Source: Holophagales bacterium UBA5066 (GTDB lineage Bacteria > Acidobacteriota > Thermoanaerobaculia > UBA5066). From it: a DNA stretch of 64,000 bases. Below the pieces are notes generated by a model that made no database searches, was not told the DNA's origin, and saw only the letters and a program-made list of their open reading frames with translations. Of the stretch, positions 37,249-46,188 are shown one piece after another; the stretch's first letter is position 1; each line of letters starts with the position of its first letter. Both the position numbers and the translations under genes were made by a program. The stretch lies in NCBI GenBank assembly GCA_002414905.1, contig DIAY01000014.1, positions 741 through 64,740 of the forward strand, read 5' to 3'.

Positions 37249-38160
37249 TCACTTCGGTGCCTTCGTCAGGACGAACCAGATGATCGCGTGCGCGAAGCCT
37301 GCCCACACGAGGGCAAATGCGAGAACTCCCCACGGCCTCTTCTCGGAATGCGCCACCATCGCCGCCCCGCCCCCGGGGAGGAGCCGGACAATGACCGACT
37401 TCCCGCGGAGCTTCGGCACCAGGCCCCCCTTCGCGGCGTCCCAGAGCCCGATCGCGGTGACCGTCTCGCCCGGGGCGATCACCTTCTCCGTCAGGGTGCA
37501 CGCCGCGAGGTCCGACGCGGTGGCCGCTTTCGTCCGCATGTCCTTCCGGACCGTTCCGTCGTCGTCGGACATGGCGTCGTCCATCAACGAGAGCATCGCG
37601 CCGAGCTTCGCGAGCCCCATCTGGGTGAACTCGGTCGACCCGACGTACCGGATCGCGCGCTCGGCGTCCTCGAGGTCTTTCATCTCCTTCTCGGGGAACT
37701 CTTCCAGGAGGCTGAAGCCGAGGAGGTGGACGTCGCCCCGGTTCGAGCGGATGACCGAAGGGCTGAGGGCGAAGCCGGCGACCGTCGAGCCGCCGGGACG
37801 TTCGTGGCCCCTGGAATCGACCGTGGCCGGGTTCTTCGCGTTGTACTCGTAGGCGACACAGGGCCGTCCGCTGAAGGGCGCTTCCAGCGTTGCCCCGAGC
37901 GGCTCGATCGGCCCCCAGACCGCCTCCTCCTTCCCGTCCTCGAGGGGAAGGCCCTGCTCGGCGCGCTTCAGCGCCCCCGAGTCACCCGAGCCGAACATCA
38001 CCGCCTTCACCTGGGAGACGACCATGACGAGGCCGAGCGAGCCGAAGCCGGCGAGGATCAGCGCCGGAAGGGTCTCGATCTTTCCCCAGAGGAGGTAGAG
38101 ATAGCCTCCGAAGAGGCCGAGGAGGACGACTGTGGCGATTGTGCAGCCCTTCTTGATCAT
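37249..38160 (-). CDS. Membrane protein, GIDE-like architecture (paralog A)
   Basis: SD AAGGAGA plus ATG. Two N-terminal TM segments, a soluble domain with APFSGRPCVAYEY, and a C-terminal TM. Clearly paralogous to 38207..39100. Confidence 0.65.
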   Translation of the reverse strand: MIKKGCTIATVVLLGLFGGYLYLLWGKIETLPALILAGFGSLGLVMVVSQVKAVMFGSGDSGALKRAEQGLPLEDGKEEAVWGPIEPLGATLEAPFSGRPCVAYEYNAKNPATVDSRGHERPGGSTVAGFALSPSVIRSNRGDVHLLGFSLLEEFPEKEMKDLEDAERAIRYVGSTEFTQMGLAKLGAMLSLMDDAMSDDDGTVRKDMRTKAATASDLAACTLTEKVIAPGETVTAIGLWDAAKGGLVPKLRGKSVIVRLLPGGGAAMVAHSEKRPWGVLAFALVWAGFAHAIIWFVLTKAPK

Positions 38161-38206
38161 GGGGATGTCTCCTTGGCGCGTTCCAGTGCGCGCTCCATCG
38201 ACGGCT

Positions 38207-39100
38207 TCACCCTCGTATGGCCCGGTAGAGGACCAGGCCGATCCCCGGCACGTTCAGGAGGAAGGCGACCGGGATCGCCTTCGCGAGCTTCCGCTGCCAG
38301 TTGGAGGTCACGAAGTGCCCGAGGGCGAGCCCGTGACCCGGGATCAGCCGGACGTGCTTCGCGTCGAGCCATCGCGCCGAGAGGAGACCCTGACGCGTCG
38401 CCGACCAGGTCCCAACCGCTGCCACCTCGGTGCCCGGAGGAACGATCCACTCGTTTGCCTTCAGGGACTGGAGGTCGGGCGTCTCCCTCTCGTCGACGAA
38501 GACGGTCTCGAGGGCCGCCGAGCCGTCCGGCTCCCTCCGGTCCTTCGGGAGTGGCCCCAGTCCGCTCTCTCGAGCGACCTCCTTCAGCCTCTGCCAGACC
38601 TCGGGACCGCGCACGAGCCGCAGGCCGAACGCTTCCAGCCCTGGCCACCCGAAGAGAGCGACGTCGCCGCGTGCCGACCGGATCGCGACGTGGGCCAGCC
38701 CCTTTCCCGACGCGACGACCACCCGTCGCGTCTCCTCTTCCTCGTCCTCGCCCTTCCCGACGACCTTCGCGAACGACGCCTCGAATGCCCAGGCGACACA
38801 GGGCCTCCCCGTCAGCGGCGCCTTGAGCGTCGGCCCGCGCAGAACGAGAGGCCCGCTTGCGGCCTCGAGGGACCCGTCCCGTGGCGACAGTCCCTTCGCC
38901 TCGCGATCGAGCGCGGCCGCGTGCGCACGCTCCGTCCTTCTCAGGACGATCGCCCCTACGAACAGAGTGGCCCCGGCCGCTCCGGCAAAAGCCGCGATCG
39001 GCGCGACGTCTCCGAAAGCGGATCCCCACAGGAGGACCAACCAGGCGCCTAAGACCGTCACGAAGACCGCCGTCAGGAGAGCGGTGAACCTCGATTTCAT
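38207..39100 (-). CDS. Membrane protein, GIDE-like architecture (paralog B)
   Basis: Same architecture as paralog A. Shared motifs: APLTGRPCVAWAF; IRSARGDVALFGW vs IRSNRGDVHLLGF; PGTEVAAVGTW vs PGETVTAIGLW. Confidence 0.65.
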   Translation of the reverse strand: MKSRFTALLTAVFVTVLGAWLVLLWGSAFGDVAPIAAFAGAAGATLFVGAIVLRRTERAHAAALDREAKGLSPRDGSLEAASGPLVLRGPTLKAPLTGRPCVAWAFEASFAKVVGKGEDEEEETRRVVVASGKGLAHVAIRSARGDVALFGWPGLEAFGLRLVRGPEVWQRLKEVARESGLGPLPKDRREPDGSAALETVFVDERETPDLQSLKANEWIVPPGTEVAAVGTWSATRQGLLSARWLDAKHVRLIPGHGLALGHFVTSNWQRKLAKAIPVAFLLNVPGIGLVLYRAIRG

Positions 39101-39170
39101 GGTTGTTGGCGGCGGAGTCTACCCGCTCGGCATACTCTTTCGCAGGCGGCCGCGGCCGCGGGAGGACGCC

Positions 39171-40175
39171 ATGGAATATCGAAACCTCGGACGCTCGGGT
39201 CTGAAAGTCTCGCCGCTCTGCCTTGGAACGATGATGCTCGGCCGCTGGGGGAACACGGACGAAGCCGAGTGCGTGAGGATGATCCACCGCGCGCTCGACG
39301 CGGGGATCACGTTCATCGACACGTCGAACAACTACGGCGAGGGCTCGTCGGAGGAGATCGTCGGCAAGGCGCTCGCGGGGCGGCGAAGTCAGGCCGTCCT
39401 CGCGACGAAGGTCTGGGCGCCGATGGGTCCCGGGCCGAACGAGAAGGGGCTCTCGAGGAAGGCGATCCAGGAGCAGGTGGAGGCGAGCCTGAGGCGTCTC
39501 GGCACCGACGTCATCGACCTCTACCAGATCCATCGCCCTGACCGGACGACGCCGTGGGACGAGACGCTCTCGACGCTGACCGACCTCGTGAGGCAGGGGA
39601 AGGTCCGCTACGTCGGCTGCTCGACGAGCCACGCGACCGACACTTCAGTCAGCCCCTGGACTCTCCGCCTCGAGGCCTGGGAGATCGTCGAAACGCTCTG
39701 GCTCTCCGAGAAGCATGGCTTCGAGCGGTGGACCTCGCTCCAGCCTCCGTACTCGATCCTCCGCCGGACGATGGAAGCCGAGCACTTCCCGATGACGCAG
39801 CGCTTCGGCATCGGGAACATGGTCTGGAGCCCGCTCGAGGGCGGCTGGCTCGCCGGCAAGTACCGGAAAGGGCACGAAAACCCTCTCGACACGCCTCGTG
39901 CCGTCAAGTGGGTCGGAGACCTCGACAACCCGAAATTCGCGCACCGCCTGGACGTCGTCGAGGAGCTGCTGAAGCTGGCGGAAGGGAAAGGGACGACCCT
40001 CGCCTGCTTCGCCCTGAAGTGGACTCTGCGGCACCCCGCCGTGACCGCGACGATCATCGGGCCGCGGACGATGGAGCAGCTCGAAGACGCGATCGCCTCG
40101 CTCGAGATCCAGGTTTCGGACGAGGAAGCCGCCCGTGTAGATGCGCTCGTCCCTCCGGGGACGAGCGCGCTGTAA
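39171..40175 (+). CDS. Aldo/keto reductase
   Basis: Trimmed from ORF 38430..40175 to the ATG at 39171 (SD GGAGGA). Motifs MEYRNLGRSGLKVSPLCLGTM, FIDTSNNYGEG, DLYQIHRPD and WSPLEGGWLAGKY. Confidence 0.9.
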   Translation: MEYRNLGRSGLKVSPLCLGTMMLGRWGNTDEAECVRMIHRALDAGITFIDTSNNYGEGSSEEIVGKALAGRRSQAVLATKVWAPMGPGPNEKGLSRKAIQEQVEASLRRLGTDVIDLYQIHRPDRTTPWDETLSTLTDLVRQGKVRYVGCSTSHATDTSVSPWTLRLEAWEIVETLWLSEKHGFERWTSLQPPYSILRRTMEAEHFPMTQRFGIGNMVWSPLEGGWLAGKYRKGHENPLDTPRAVKWVGDLDNPKFAHRLDVVEELLKLAEGKGTTLACFALKWTLRHPAVTATIIGPRTMEQLEDAIASLEIQVSDEEAARVDALVPPGTSAL

Positions 40176-40216
40176 CGGGCGTCACAGACGTTACAGTCGA
40201 CGGCGGCTCGCGACCT

Positions 40217-41287
40217 CTAACCGGATGCGGGAGGAGTCCCTCCGGGCGCCCCGCCCGGCCCGGAACCGCCAGCGGGGCGGCTTCCCCCGCGCCCGCGGCG
40301 GCGGCGCCTCCTGCTGCCACCGTCGCGAACGGCGCCCCCGTTCGCCGCGCCGGCAGCCACGTCGCCGCGCGGCGGCGACATCTGGGGGCGCGGTGCCTGG
40401 GGACTCTGTTCGATGGGGCGAGGCGCACTCCCGGCTCCCCCGTCTCCCTCGGTGCGGGGACGCTCCGGTTGGGGACGGTCGCCGTGGGGGCGTTCGCCAC
40501 GGGGCCGTTGGTTCCTCGGGCGTTCGCCGCGTGGACGTTGTGCGCCCGGCCCCGGACCCGCCTGCCGGGGACCGTCCTGCCGGGGTCCAGCCTGCGAGGC
40601 GGCCGCTGGTGCCGGAATCGCGGCTTCTCCGCGCGGAGCCCCCTGGAGCGCACCCTCGGCTTTCCCGCCCCGGCCTCGGCCCCGGCGCCTCTTCTTTGCG
40701 CGTCCGTCCGCCTCTGCAGCGCCGCTCCTTGGCGGCTGGGCGGGTGGATGGACCTCGCCGCCGCGCGGGCGCGCCTTCTCCCTTTGAGCCCTGCGGCGGG
40801 CTTCGTCGACTTCCCGCTGGCGGCGCTTTTCCGCCTGTCGTTTTTCTTCTTCGGCCCGCCGGGCCGCCTCGCGGGCGGCCTCTTCCACTTTCCAGGCGGC
40901 GTCGATCTCGTCCGCCTCGGCCCTCTCCTCGTCCGAGAGGACGGACCGGAATGCGATGACGATCTCGGCATTTCCCGCCTGGGCGCGGATTGCCTCGACG
41001 AGCCGATCCCTCACCGGCGTGTGCGCCTCGCCGGCGACGAGCGGCACGGCGGCGCGTTCCGCCAGGACCATACGGGTGAAGAAGACCTGCTTCTCCTCGT
41101 CCGGCTCCGAACCCTTCACGGTGAGGACGTAGAAGTCGCGGTCGTGGTCGAAGTCGTTCCCGACCATCCGGAAACGGGGCAGCGCCTCGTGCACGAGCTC
41201 GGCAAGGATCTCGAGGTACTTTTCTCCGAGCTCCCAGGTCTGCTCCATGGAGACGACCCGGTCCCGAAACATCTTCGGCATCGCCAT
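40217..41287 (-). CDS. Hypothetical protein: about 130-aa folded N-terminal domain, charged helix, long Arg/Gly/Pro-rich disordered tail
   Basis: Trimmed from ORF 40217..41794 to the ATG at 41287; the upstream extension overlaps the GT4 gene. The tail contains repeats QRPRGERPRNQRPRGERPHGDRPQPERPR and ends RRRRRRGRGG. Confidence 0.55.
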   Translation of the reverse strand: MAMPKMFRDRVVSMEQTWELGEKYLEILAELVHEALPRFRMVGNDFDHDRDFYVLTVKGSEPDEEKQVFFTRMVLAERAAVPLVAGEAHTPVRDRLVEAIRAQAGNAEIVIAFRSVLSDEERAEADEIDAAWKVEEAAREAARRAEEEKRQAEKRRQREVDEARRRAQREKARPRGGEVHPPAQPPRSGAAEADGRAKKRRRGRGRGGKAEGALQGAPRGEAAIPAPAAASQAGPRQDGPRQAGPGPGAQRPRGERPRNQRPRGERPHGDRPQPERPRTEGDGGAGSAPRPIEQSPQAPRPQMSPPRGDVAAGAANGGAVRDGGSRRRRRRGRGGSRPAGGSGPGGAPGGTPPASG

Positions 41288-41360
41288 TCGCGGTGGTCCT
41301 CGTCCGCGCGCGTCGGGCGCGCGGGGTCGGCAGGAGTCTAGCCGGTCCCTCCGGAAGCCG

Positions 41361-42485
41361 TCAGGACCCGATCCCGCCGAGCGAGAGGATGGCCCGCGCG
41401 TGCGCCTCCGGACTGAACCGGGCTCCGAGCGCGGCGGCTCCCGCCGTGAGGCGGTCCGCCAGTCCCTCGCGGACGAAGCGGAGCAGGGCCGCGGTGAGGG
41501 CGCCGGCGTCGCCGGGAGGAACGAGAAGACCGGATACCCCTTCTTCGACGACGACCGCGAGTCCCGGGACGTCCGACCCGATGACGGGCCTCTGGTGGGC
41601 CACGGCGTCCGCGGCGATCCCGGAGCCGGTCGCGTGGCGGTAGGGGCAGACAACGGCATCGCAGGCGTCGAAGAGGAGGCCGCGCTCTTCGGCCGCGAGG
41701 AACCGGAGGAAAAGGCGGACCCCGGGTGGAGCGGGGCGGGAGGCGAGGAGCTTCGCCTCGCCCCACGGCTCTCCCGCGAGGAGGAGCACCGCATCGCGTT
41801 GAGCGCGCCTCACCCCTTCGAACGCCTCGAGAAGGACGTCCCACCCCTTGTAGGGGCGCAGGAGGCCGCTGAAAAGGAAGACTGGTGCGTCCGGCGGGAG
41901 GTCGAGGCGCGCGCGCGCCTCGCCTCTCGGAACGATCAGGGCCGGTTCCGACGGGTGGGGCACGAGGGCGGCTCGCGCCTCGGGCACCTCGCGCCGCGCC
42001 GTCGCGAGGTCGCCGGCGTTCTGGACCGCGAGGACGTCGGCCCGCCGGAGCGCGAGGCGGGCGAGCGCCCTGCGGGGCGCCCCCGCCTCGTGGTCCGCGA
42101 GGTTGTGGCAGAGAAGGAGGCGGACGGCGTCCGGCGCCTCGGCCCGGTGCGAGGAGAGGAAGACGGAGAGGTGGGGCGCAAAGACCGAGGTCCAGAAGGC
42201 CGCCGCCGCGAGCCGTGCTCCCCGCTGGGCTGCGAGCTCGGCTGCGCGCCGGAACGAGAGCGGGTTGAAGCCGTCGAGGAGCGCGGCGACCTCGAGGTCG
42301 GCAGGAAACGCACCCTCGCCGCGGTCCGCCACGCCCGGGTAGAGCGATCGCGGGTACATCCTCGCGAAGGTGATCACGAGCGGCGGCACGCCGAGGCTCG
42401 CCATTGCGCGCGCGAGCCTCACGGTCTGGTCGGCGATGCCGCTTCGCCAGGGAGGCACCGGGCCGAGAAGGACGACCCTCGTCAT
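41361..42485 (-). CDS. Glycosyltransferase family 4 (GT-B, RfaB-like)
   Basis: 374 aa. C-terminal half is typical of glycos_transf_1: FLFSGLLRPYKGWDVLLEAF, VVCPYRHATGSGIAADAVAHQRPVIGSDVPG. Confidence 0.8.
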   Translation of the reverse strand: MTRVVLLGPVPPWRSGIADQTVRLARAMASLGVPPLVITFARMYPRSLYPGVADRGEGAFPADLEVAALLDGFNPLSFRRAAELAAQRGARLAAAAFWTSVFAPHLSVFLSSHRAEAPDAVRLLLCHNLADHEAGAPRRALARLALRRADVLAVQNAGDLATARREVPEARAALVPHPSEPALIVPRGEARARLDLPPDAPVFLFSGLLRPYKGWDVLLEAFEGVRRAQRDAVLLLAGEPWGEAKLLASRPAPPGVRLFLRFLAAEERGLLFDACDAVVCPYRHATGSGIAADAVAHQRPVIGSDVPGLAVVVEEGVSGLLVPPGDAGALTAALLRFVREGLADRLTAGAAALGARFSPEAHARAILSLGGIGS

Positions 42486-42498
42486 TTCGCGTCCCGCT

Positions 42499-43674
42499 TC
42501 ACCGCGAGAGGAGGAACGCCTTCAGGTACTCGGTCTCAGGACAGTCGATCGAGACCGGGTGATCGGGTCCGGCGCCGCGCCGCTCGAGGATGCGTACCGG
42601 AACGCCCGCGTCGAGGGAGGCGGCGAAGAGGACCTTCTGGAAGAGATCGGTGGAGATCGGGCCCGAGCAGGAGCAGGCGAGGAGGAGGCCGCCCGGCGAC
42701 AGGAGCTTCAGCGCGAGCCGGTTCACGTCCTTGTAGCCGCGGCAGGCGCGGTCGACGTCGGGCGTCTTCTTCGCGAAGGCGGGTGGGTCCGTGACGACGA
42801 CGTCCCACGTCTCGCCACGGGCCACGCGGGCGCGGAGGTCCTCGAAAACGTCGGCGGCGACCGTCTCGACTCTCGCGAGGTCCTGTTCGTTTGCGAGGTG
42901 GTTCTCCCGGGCGAGGGCGAGGGCCGGCTCGGAGGTATCCACGTGCGTCACCCGCGAAGCGCCCCCGGCCAGGGCGGCGACGCCGAAGGCACCCGAGTAG
43001 GAGAAAAGGTTCAGGACGCTCCGCGAGACGGCGAGGCCCCGGACGAGGTGCCGGTTCTCACGCTGGTCGAGAAAGAACCCGGTTTTCTGACCGCCCGCGA
43101 GGTCCGCGAGGAACCTCATTCCCCGCTCGCGGAACGGCACGCGTCCTGGCGGCGGGTCGCCCGCGAGGAGCTCGTCTTCGAGCGCAAGCCCTTCACCGTG
43201 GCGGCTCGCGAGGTCGTTGCGCTGGAGGATCGACGCCCCCGGCAACAGCTCCCGGAGGGCCGGCAGCCAGAGGGGACGCGCCGCGTCCGTCCCTGCCGTC
43301 GTCGCCTGGACGACGAGGACGTCTCCATATCGATCGACAACGAGACCGGGGAGGCCGTCCCCCTCGGCGTGGACGACACGGTAGCCATCCGTCTCCGCCG
43401 GCACGAGACGATCGCGAAGCGCCCGAGCCGACGCCACGCGCCCTTTCACGAAGCCCGCATCGAGAGGCCCGTCGTCGAACCTCCAGAGGCGCGCGGCGAT
43501 GGAGGAGCGGGGTGAGGCGAACCCGCGGCCGAGGAGCGCGCCCGATGCCGCGCGGACCTCGACCTCGGCTGCGTCCGGGGCCGGACTCCCAGAGAGGGCG
43601 CGCGAGAAGACCCAGGGGTGGCGGCGACGGGCAGCGTCGTCGCGTCCCGGCCTGAGGAAAAGCGGCTTCGACAT
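42499..43674 (-). CDS. rlmI: 23S rRNA (cytosine-C5) methyltransferase RlmI-like, class I SAM-dependent
   Basis: N-terminal PUA-like region (HPWVF..), then GLPGLVVDRYGDVLVVQ, NLFSYSGAFGVAA and VVTDPPAF. Confidence 0.8.
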   Translation of the reverse strand: MSKPLFLRPGRDDAARRRHPWVFSRALSGSPAPDAAEVEVRAASGALLGRGFASPRSSIAARLWRFDDGPLDAGFVKGRVASARALRDRLVPAETDGYRVVHAEGDGLPGLVVDRYGDVLVVQATTAGTDAARPLWLPALRELLPGASILQRNDLASRHGEGLALEDELLAGDPPPGRVPFRERGMRFLADLAGGQKTGFFLDQRENRHLVRGLAVSRSVLNLFSYSGAFGVAALAGGASRVTHVDTSEPALALARENHLANEQDLARVETVAADVFEDLRARVARGETWDVVVTDPPAFAKKTPDVDRACRGYKDVNRLALKLLSPGGLLLACSCSGPISTDLFQKVLFAASLDAGVPVRILERRGAGPDHPVSIDCPETEYLKAFLLSR

Positions 43675-43700
43675 TCGAATCGTGAGTTTAGGCGGGAGGG

Positions 43701-44879
43701 GTGGCGCGGTGTACGCTTTCGGAGCCGATGGAGCTCGTCCTCGCCCTCTTGCTCGCGGTGGCCCTCGTCGCGCTCGCCTCCACCTGGAGCGCGTTGGGCA
43801 CGGAGAGAGCCCGCGCGCGAAGGATCGAGACCCGGTCGACCGGCACCCGCACGGACTCCGGTTCGACGCTGGCGTCGGCCTTTCCCGAAGCGGCCCCTCC
43901 GGAGCCGTGCGTCGTCACCGAGCCACGCGCCCCTCGCCCCGAGCCCGTGTCACCCCGGGCCCTGTCGATGCCGGGGGCCGTCTCACTCGAGCGTCTGGCG
44001 GCGGCCCTCGAACCTCCGGCCGCGCGCCTCGCGACCTGCATCGAAGGATCGGAGGCGACCCTCGCGGCCGCCGCGGAGCGGCTCCGGACGCCGATGCCGC
44101 CTTCTGCTCCCGCTTCCGAGCCGTGGCAGACCCCGGCTCCCGGGCTCGGCGCGGAGGGGCTCGAGGGGGCGCTCACGACCGCGGAGCGGATCTCGGATGA
44201 ACGCGCCCACCTCGCCGACGAGGTCCGAAGCCTGAGGTCCGCCCTCGACCGGGTGGTCGCTCTCGACGGAGGACTGGCCCGCGGCCTGACGGAGCTCTCG
44301 CGCAACGCCGAGACCCTCCTGCCCTTTGCTTCGTCTCTGGCCGGCCTGGCCGACCGGGCCAACCTCCTCGGCCTGAACGTCTCGCTCCTGGCTGTCCGCG
44401 CCGGCGACGCCGGGACCCCCTTCGAGGAAGCGGCGGCCGAGCTGCGCGGGCTGTTCGAGGAATCGCGGCGCCTTTCCCGCGAGCTCTCCGAGGCCGCCCG
44501 CCGGACCAACGGCGGCATCCGCAAGATGGCGACGTCCGTCGAGGAGTCGGCCAGCGCCGCCGCCGCGGGCCTGGAACGCGGGGTCCAGGCGTCGGAACGG
44601 CTCGGAATGCTCGACGGCCTCTCCGAACAGCTCGAACGGGCGCTCGCCGAGTCCATCCGCTCAACCCGGACCGCCACCGACGAGGCCGCCGTCCTCGCGC
44701 GACGGCTCGAGAACGCCCGGATTTCGCTCGAGATTCGTGCCTCCGAGTCGGCCCGCCTGCGGGCCGACTCGGAGGCCGCACGAGCCGTGCTCCGGTCGGC
44801 CACCGAGCGGATCGAGGCCCTGCGCCTCGACGGCGGGGCGCTTCGAGCCGCCGTCGTGCGCGTCACGTCGACGGCTTGA
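43701..44879 (+). CDS. Membrane-anchored coiled-coil protein with a degenerate MCP signalling-domain-like core
   Basis: One TM (LVLALLLAVALVALA) and a Pro/Ala-rich linker. The core DRANLLGLNVSLLAVRAGDAGTPFEEAAAELRGLFEES resembles the MCP hairpin consensus. Start is ambiguous (GTG 43701 or ATG 43728). Confidence 0.55.
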   Translation: MARCTLSEPMELVLALLLAVALVALASTWSALGTERARARRIETRSTGTRTDSGSTLASAFPEAAPPEPCVVTEPRAPRPEPVSPRALSMPGAVSLERLAAALEPPAARLATCIEGSEATLAAAAERLRTPMPPSAPASEPWQTPAPGLGAEGLEGALTTAERISDERAHLADEVRSLRSALDRVVALDGGLARGLTELSRNAETLLPFASSLAGLADRANLLGLNVSLLAVRAGDAGTPFEEAAAELRGLFEESRRLSRELSEAARRTNGGIRKMATSVEESASAAAAGLERGVQASERLGMLDGLSEQLERALAESIRSTRTATDEAAVLARRLENARISLEIRASESARLRADSEAARAVLRSATERIEALRLDGGALRAAVVRVTSTA

Positions 44880-44914
44880 CACCGCGAGCCCTCGTTCCCA
44901 GACTCGGAAGACCG

Positions 44915-45460
44915 ATGTCGACCGATACGCTCTCCACAGAAGAAGTCCTCTCCGAGTGGCGCAGCGGCAATCTCGAGGATCTCGTCGAGCTGGGGATCTC
45001 GGCGGCGAAGGCGGCCCAGTTCGAGCGGGGGCTGATCTTCCTCGCGGAGGCTTACCGTCACGTGGGGCGGGACCAGCATCGCCTCTCGGGGCCGCTCCTC
45101 TCCTTCTACGGCCTCTGCCTCGCGCTCCACCGCGGCCGCATCAAGGAAGCCGCCGAGTTCTGCTGGCTCGGCGTCGAGAAGGACCACTTCAACCCCGACG
45201 TCTACCACAACATGGCGCGCGTCTGGATGGCGGGGCGGAGCCGGCGCAAGGCCGTGGAAGCCCTCGAGAAGGGGCTCGCGCTCGACCCGAAACACCCGGG
45301 GCTGAAGCGCCTGATGGCCGAGATGGGGATGCGCAAAGCGCCCGTTATCCCGTTTCTCCACCGCGACAACCCGCTCAACGTGTCGCTCGGCAAGATGCGC
45401 AAGCGCAGCGGCGAAGCGAAGTCGCCCGCCGGTCCCGGCTCGCCTCGGACCACGCGCTGA
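44915..45460 (+). CDS. Small TPR-like protein
   Basis: Trimmed to the ATG at 44915. Helical repeat pattern (AEAY...G...EA...LGV..D..NPDVYHNMARVWMAGRSRRKAVEALEKGLALDPKHP). Confidence 0.55.
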   Translation: MSTDTLSTEEVLSEWRSGNLEDLVELGISAAKAAQFERGLIFLAEAYRHVGRDQHRLSGPLLSFYGLCLALHRGRIKEAAEFCWLGVEKDHFNPDVYHNMARVWMAGRSRRKAVEALEKGLALDPKHPGLKRLMAEMGMRKAPVIPFLHRDNPLNVSLGKMRKRSGEAKSPAGPGSPRTTR

Positions 45461-45472
45461 GGCCCTCGCCGC

Positions 45473-46108
45473 TCAGCGGAGACGGCGTGCGACCGACACC
45501 CCGTCGCGCAGGGGAATGATCGTCGTCTCCAGGTCGGGGTGGGCGTAGCAGAGCCGGTTGAACTCCCGGATCGCCGCGGTCTCCGCGTCGTCCTCGCACG
45601 GCGGGAGCCTGAGCCGGCCGTCCCAGAGGACGTTGTCCGTAACGAGGAGCCCTCCGACGCGCAGCCGTGGAACCGCGCGCCGCAGGACATCGGGGTACCC
45701 CTCCTTGTCGACGTCGTTGAAGATCAGATCGAACTCCCCATCCGTCTCGTCGAGGCGCGTGAGCGCATCGCCGACGAGGATCGTGACGCGGTCCGCGACA
45801 CCGGCCTCCTCGACATTCCTCCTCGCCTCGGCCGCGTTCTCCTCGGAGCCGTCCGTGTAGAAGACATGCCCGTCGGGTCCGGCGGCCCGCGCCAGCCAGA
45901 TCGTCGAGTAGCCGATGGCGCTCCCGAGCTCGAAGACGCGGCGTGCGCCGATCAGCCGCGCGTACTGCGCGAGCAGCCGGCCCACCGCGGGTCCGACGAT
46001 CGGGATCCGGCGGCGCGCGGCCTCGGCCTCCATGCGTGAGAGGACCGCGTCGCGAGGCGGGAGGGACGAGAGGAGATAGTCGTCGAGGCCGGTCAGGAGG
46101 AGCGACAT
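45473..46108 (-). CDS. Class I SAM-dependent O-methyltransferase (caffeoyl-CoA OMT-like, family 3)
   Basis: Motifs VFELGSAIGYST, FNDVDKEGY and GGLLVTDNVLW. Confidence 0.85.
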   Translation of the reverse strand: MSLLLTGLDDYLLSSLPPRDAVLSRMEAEAARRRIPIVGPAVGRLLAQYARLIGARRVFELGSAIGYSTIWLARAAGPDGHVFYTDGSEENAAEARRNVEEAGVADRVTILVGDALTRLDETDGEFDLIFNDVDKEGYPDVLRRAVPRLRVGGLLVTDNVLWDGRLRLPPCEDDAETAAIREFNRLCYAHPDLETTIIPLRDGVSVARRLR

Positions 46109-46188
46109 GCCGGCGAGTGTAGCCGCCGGCGTCCCGGCTGGACCCCCGCTGGGGGAAGCGCCAGACTCCCTTCGTTCGGAGGCGAATC

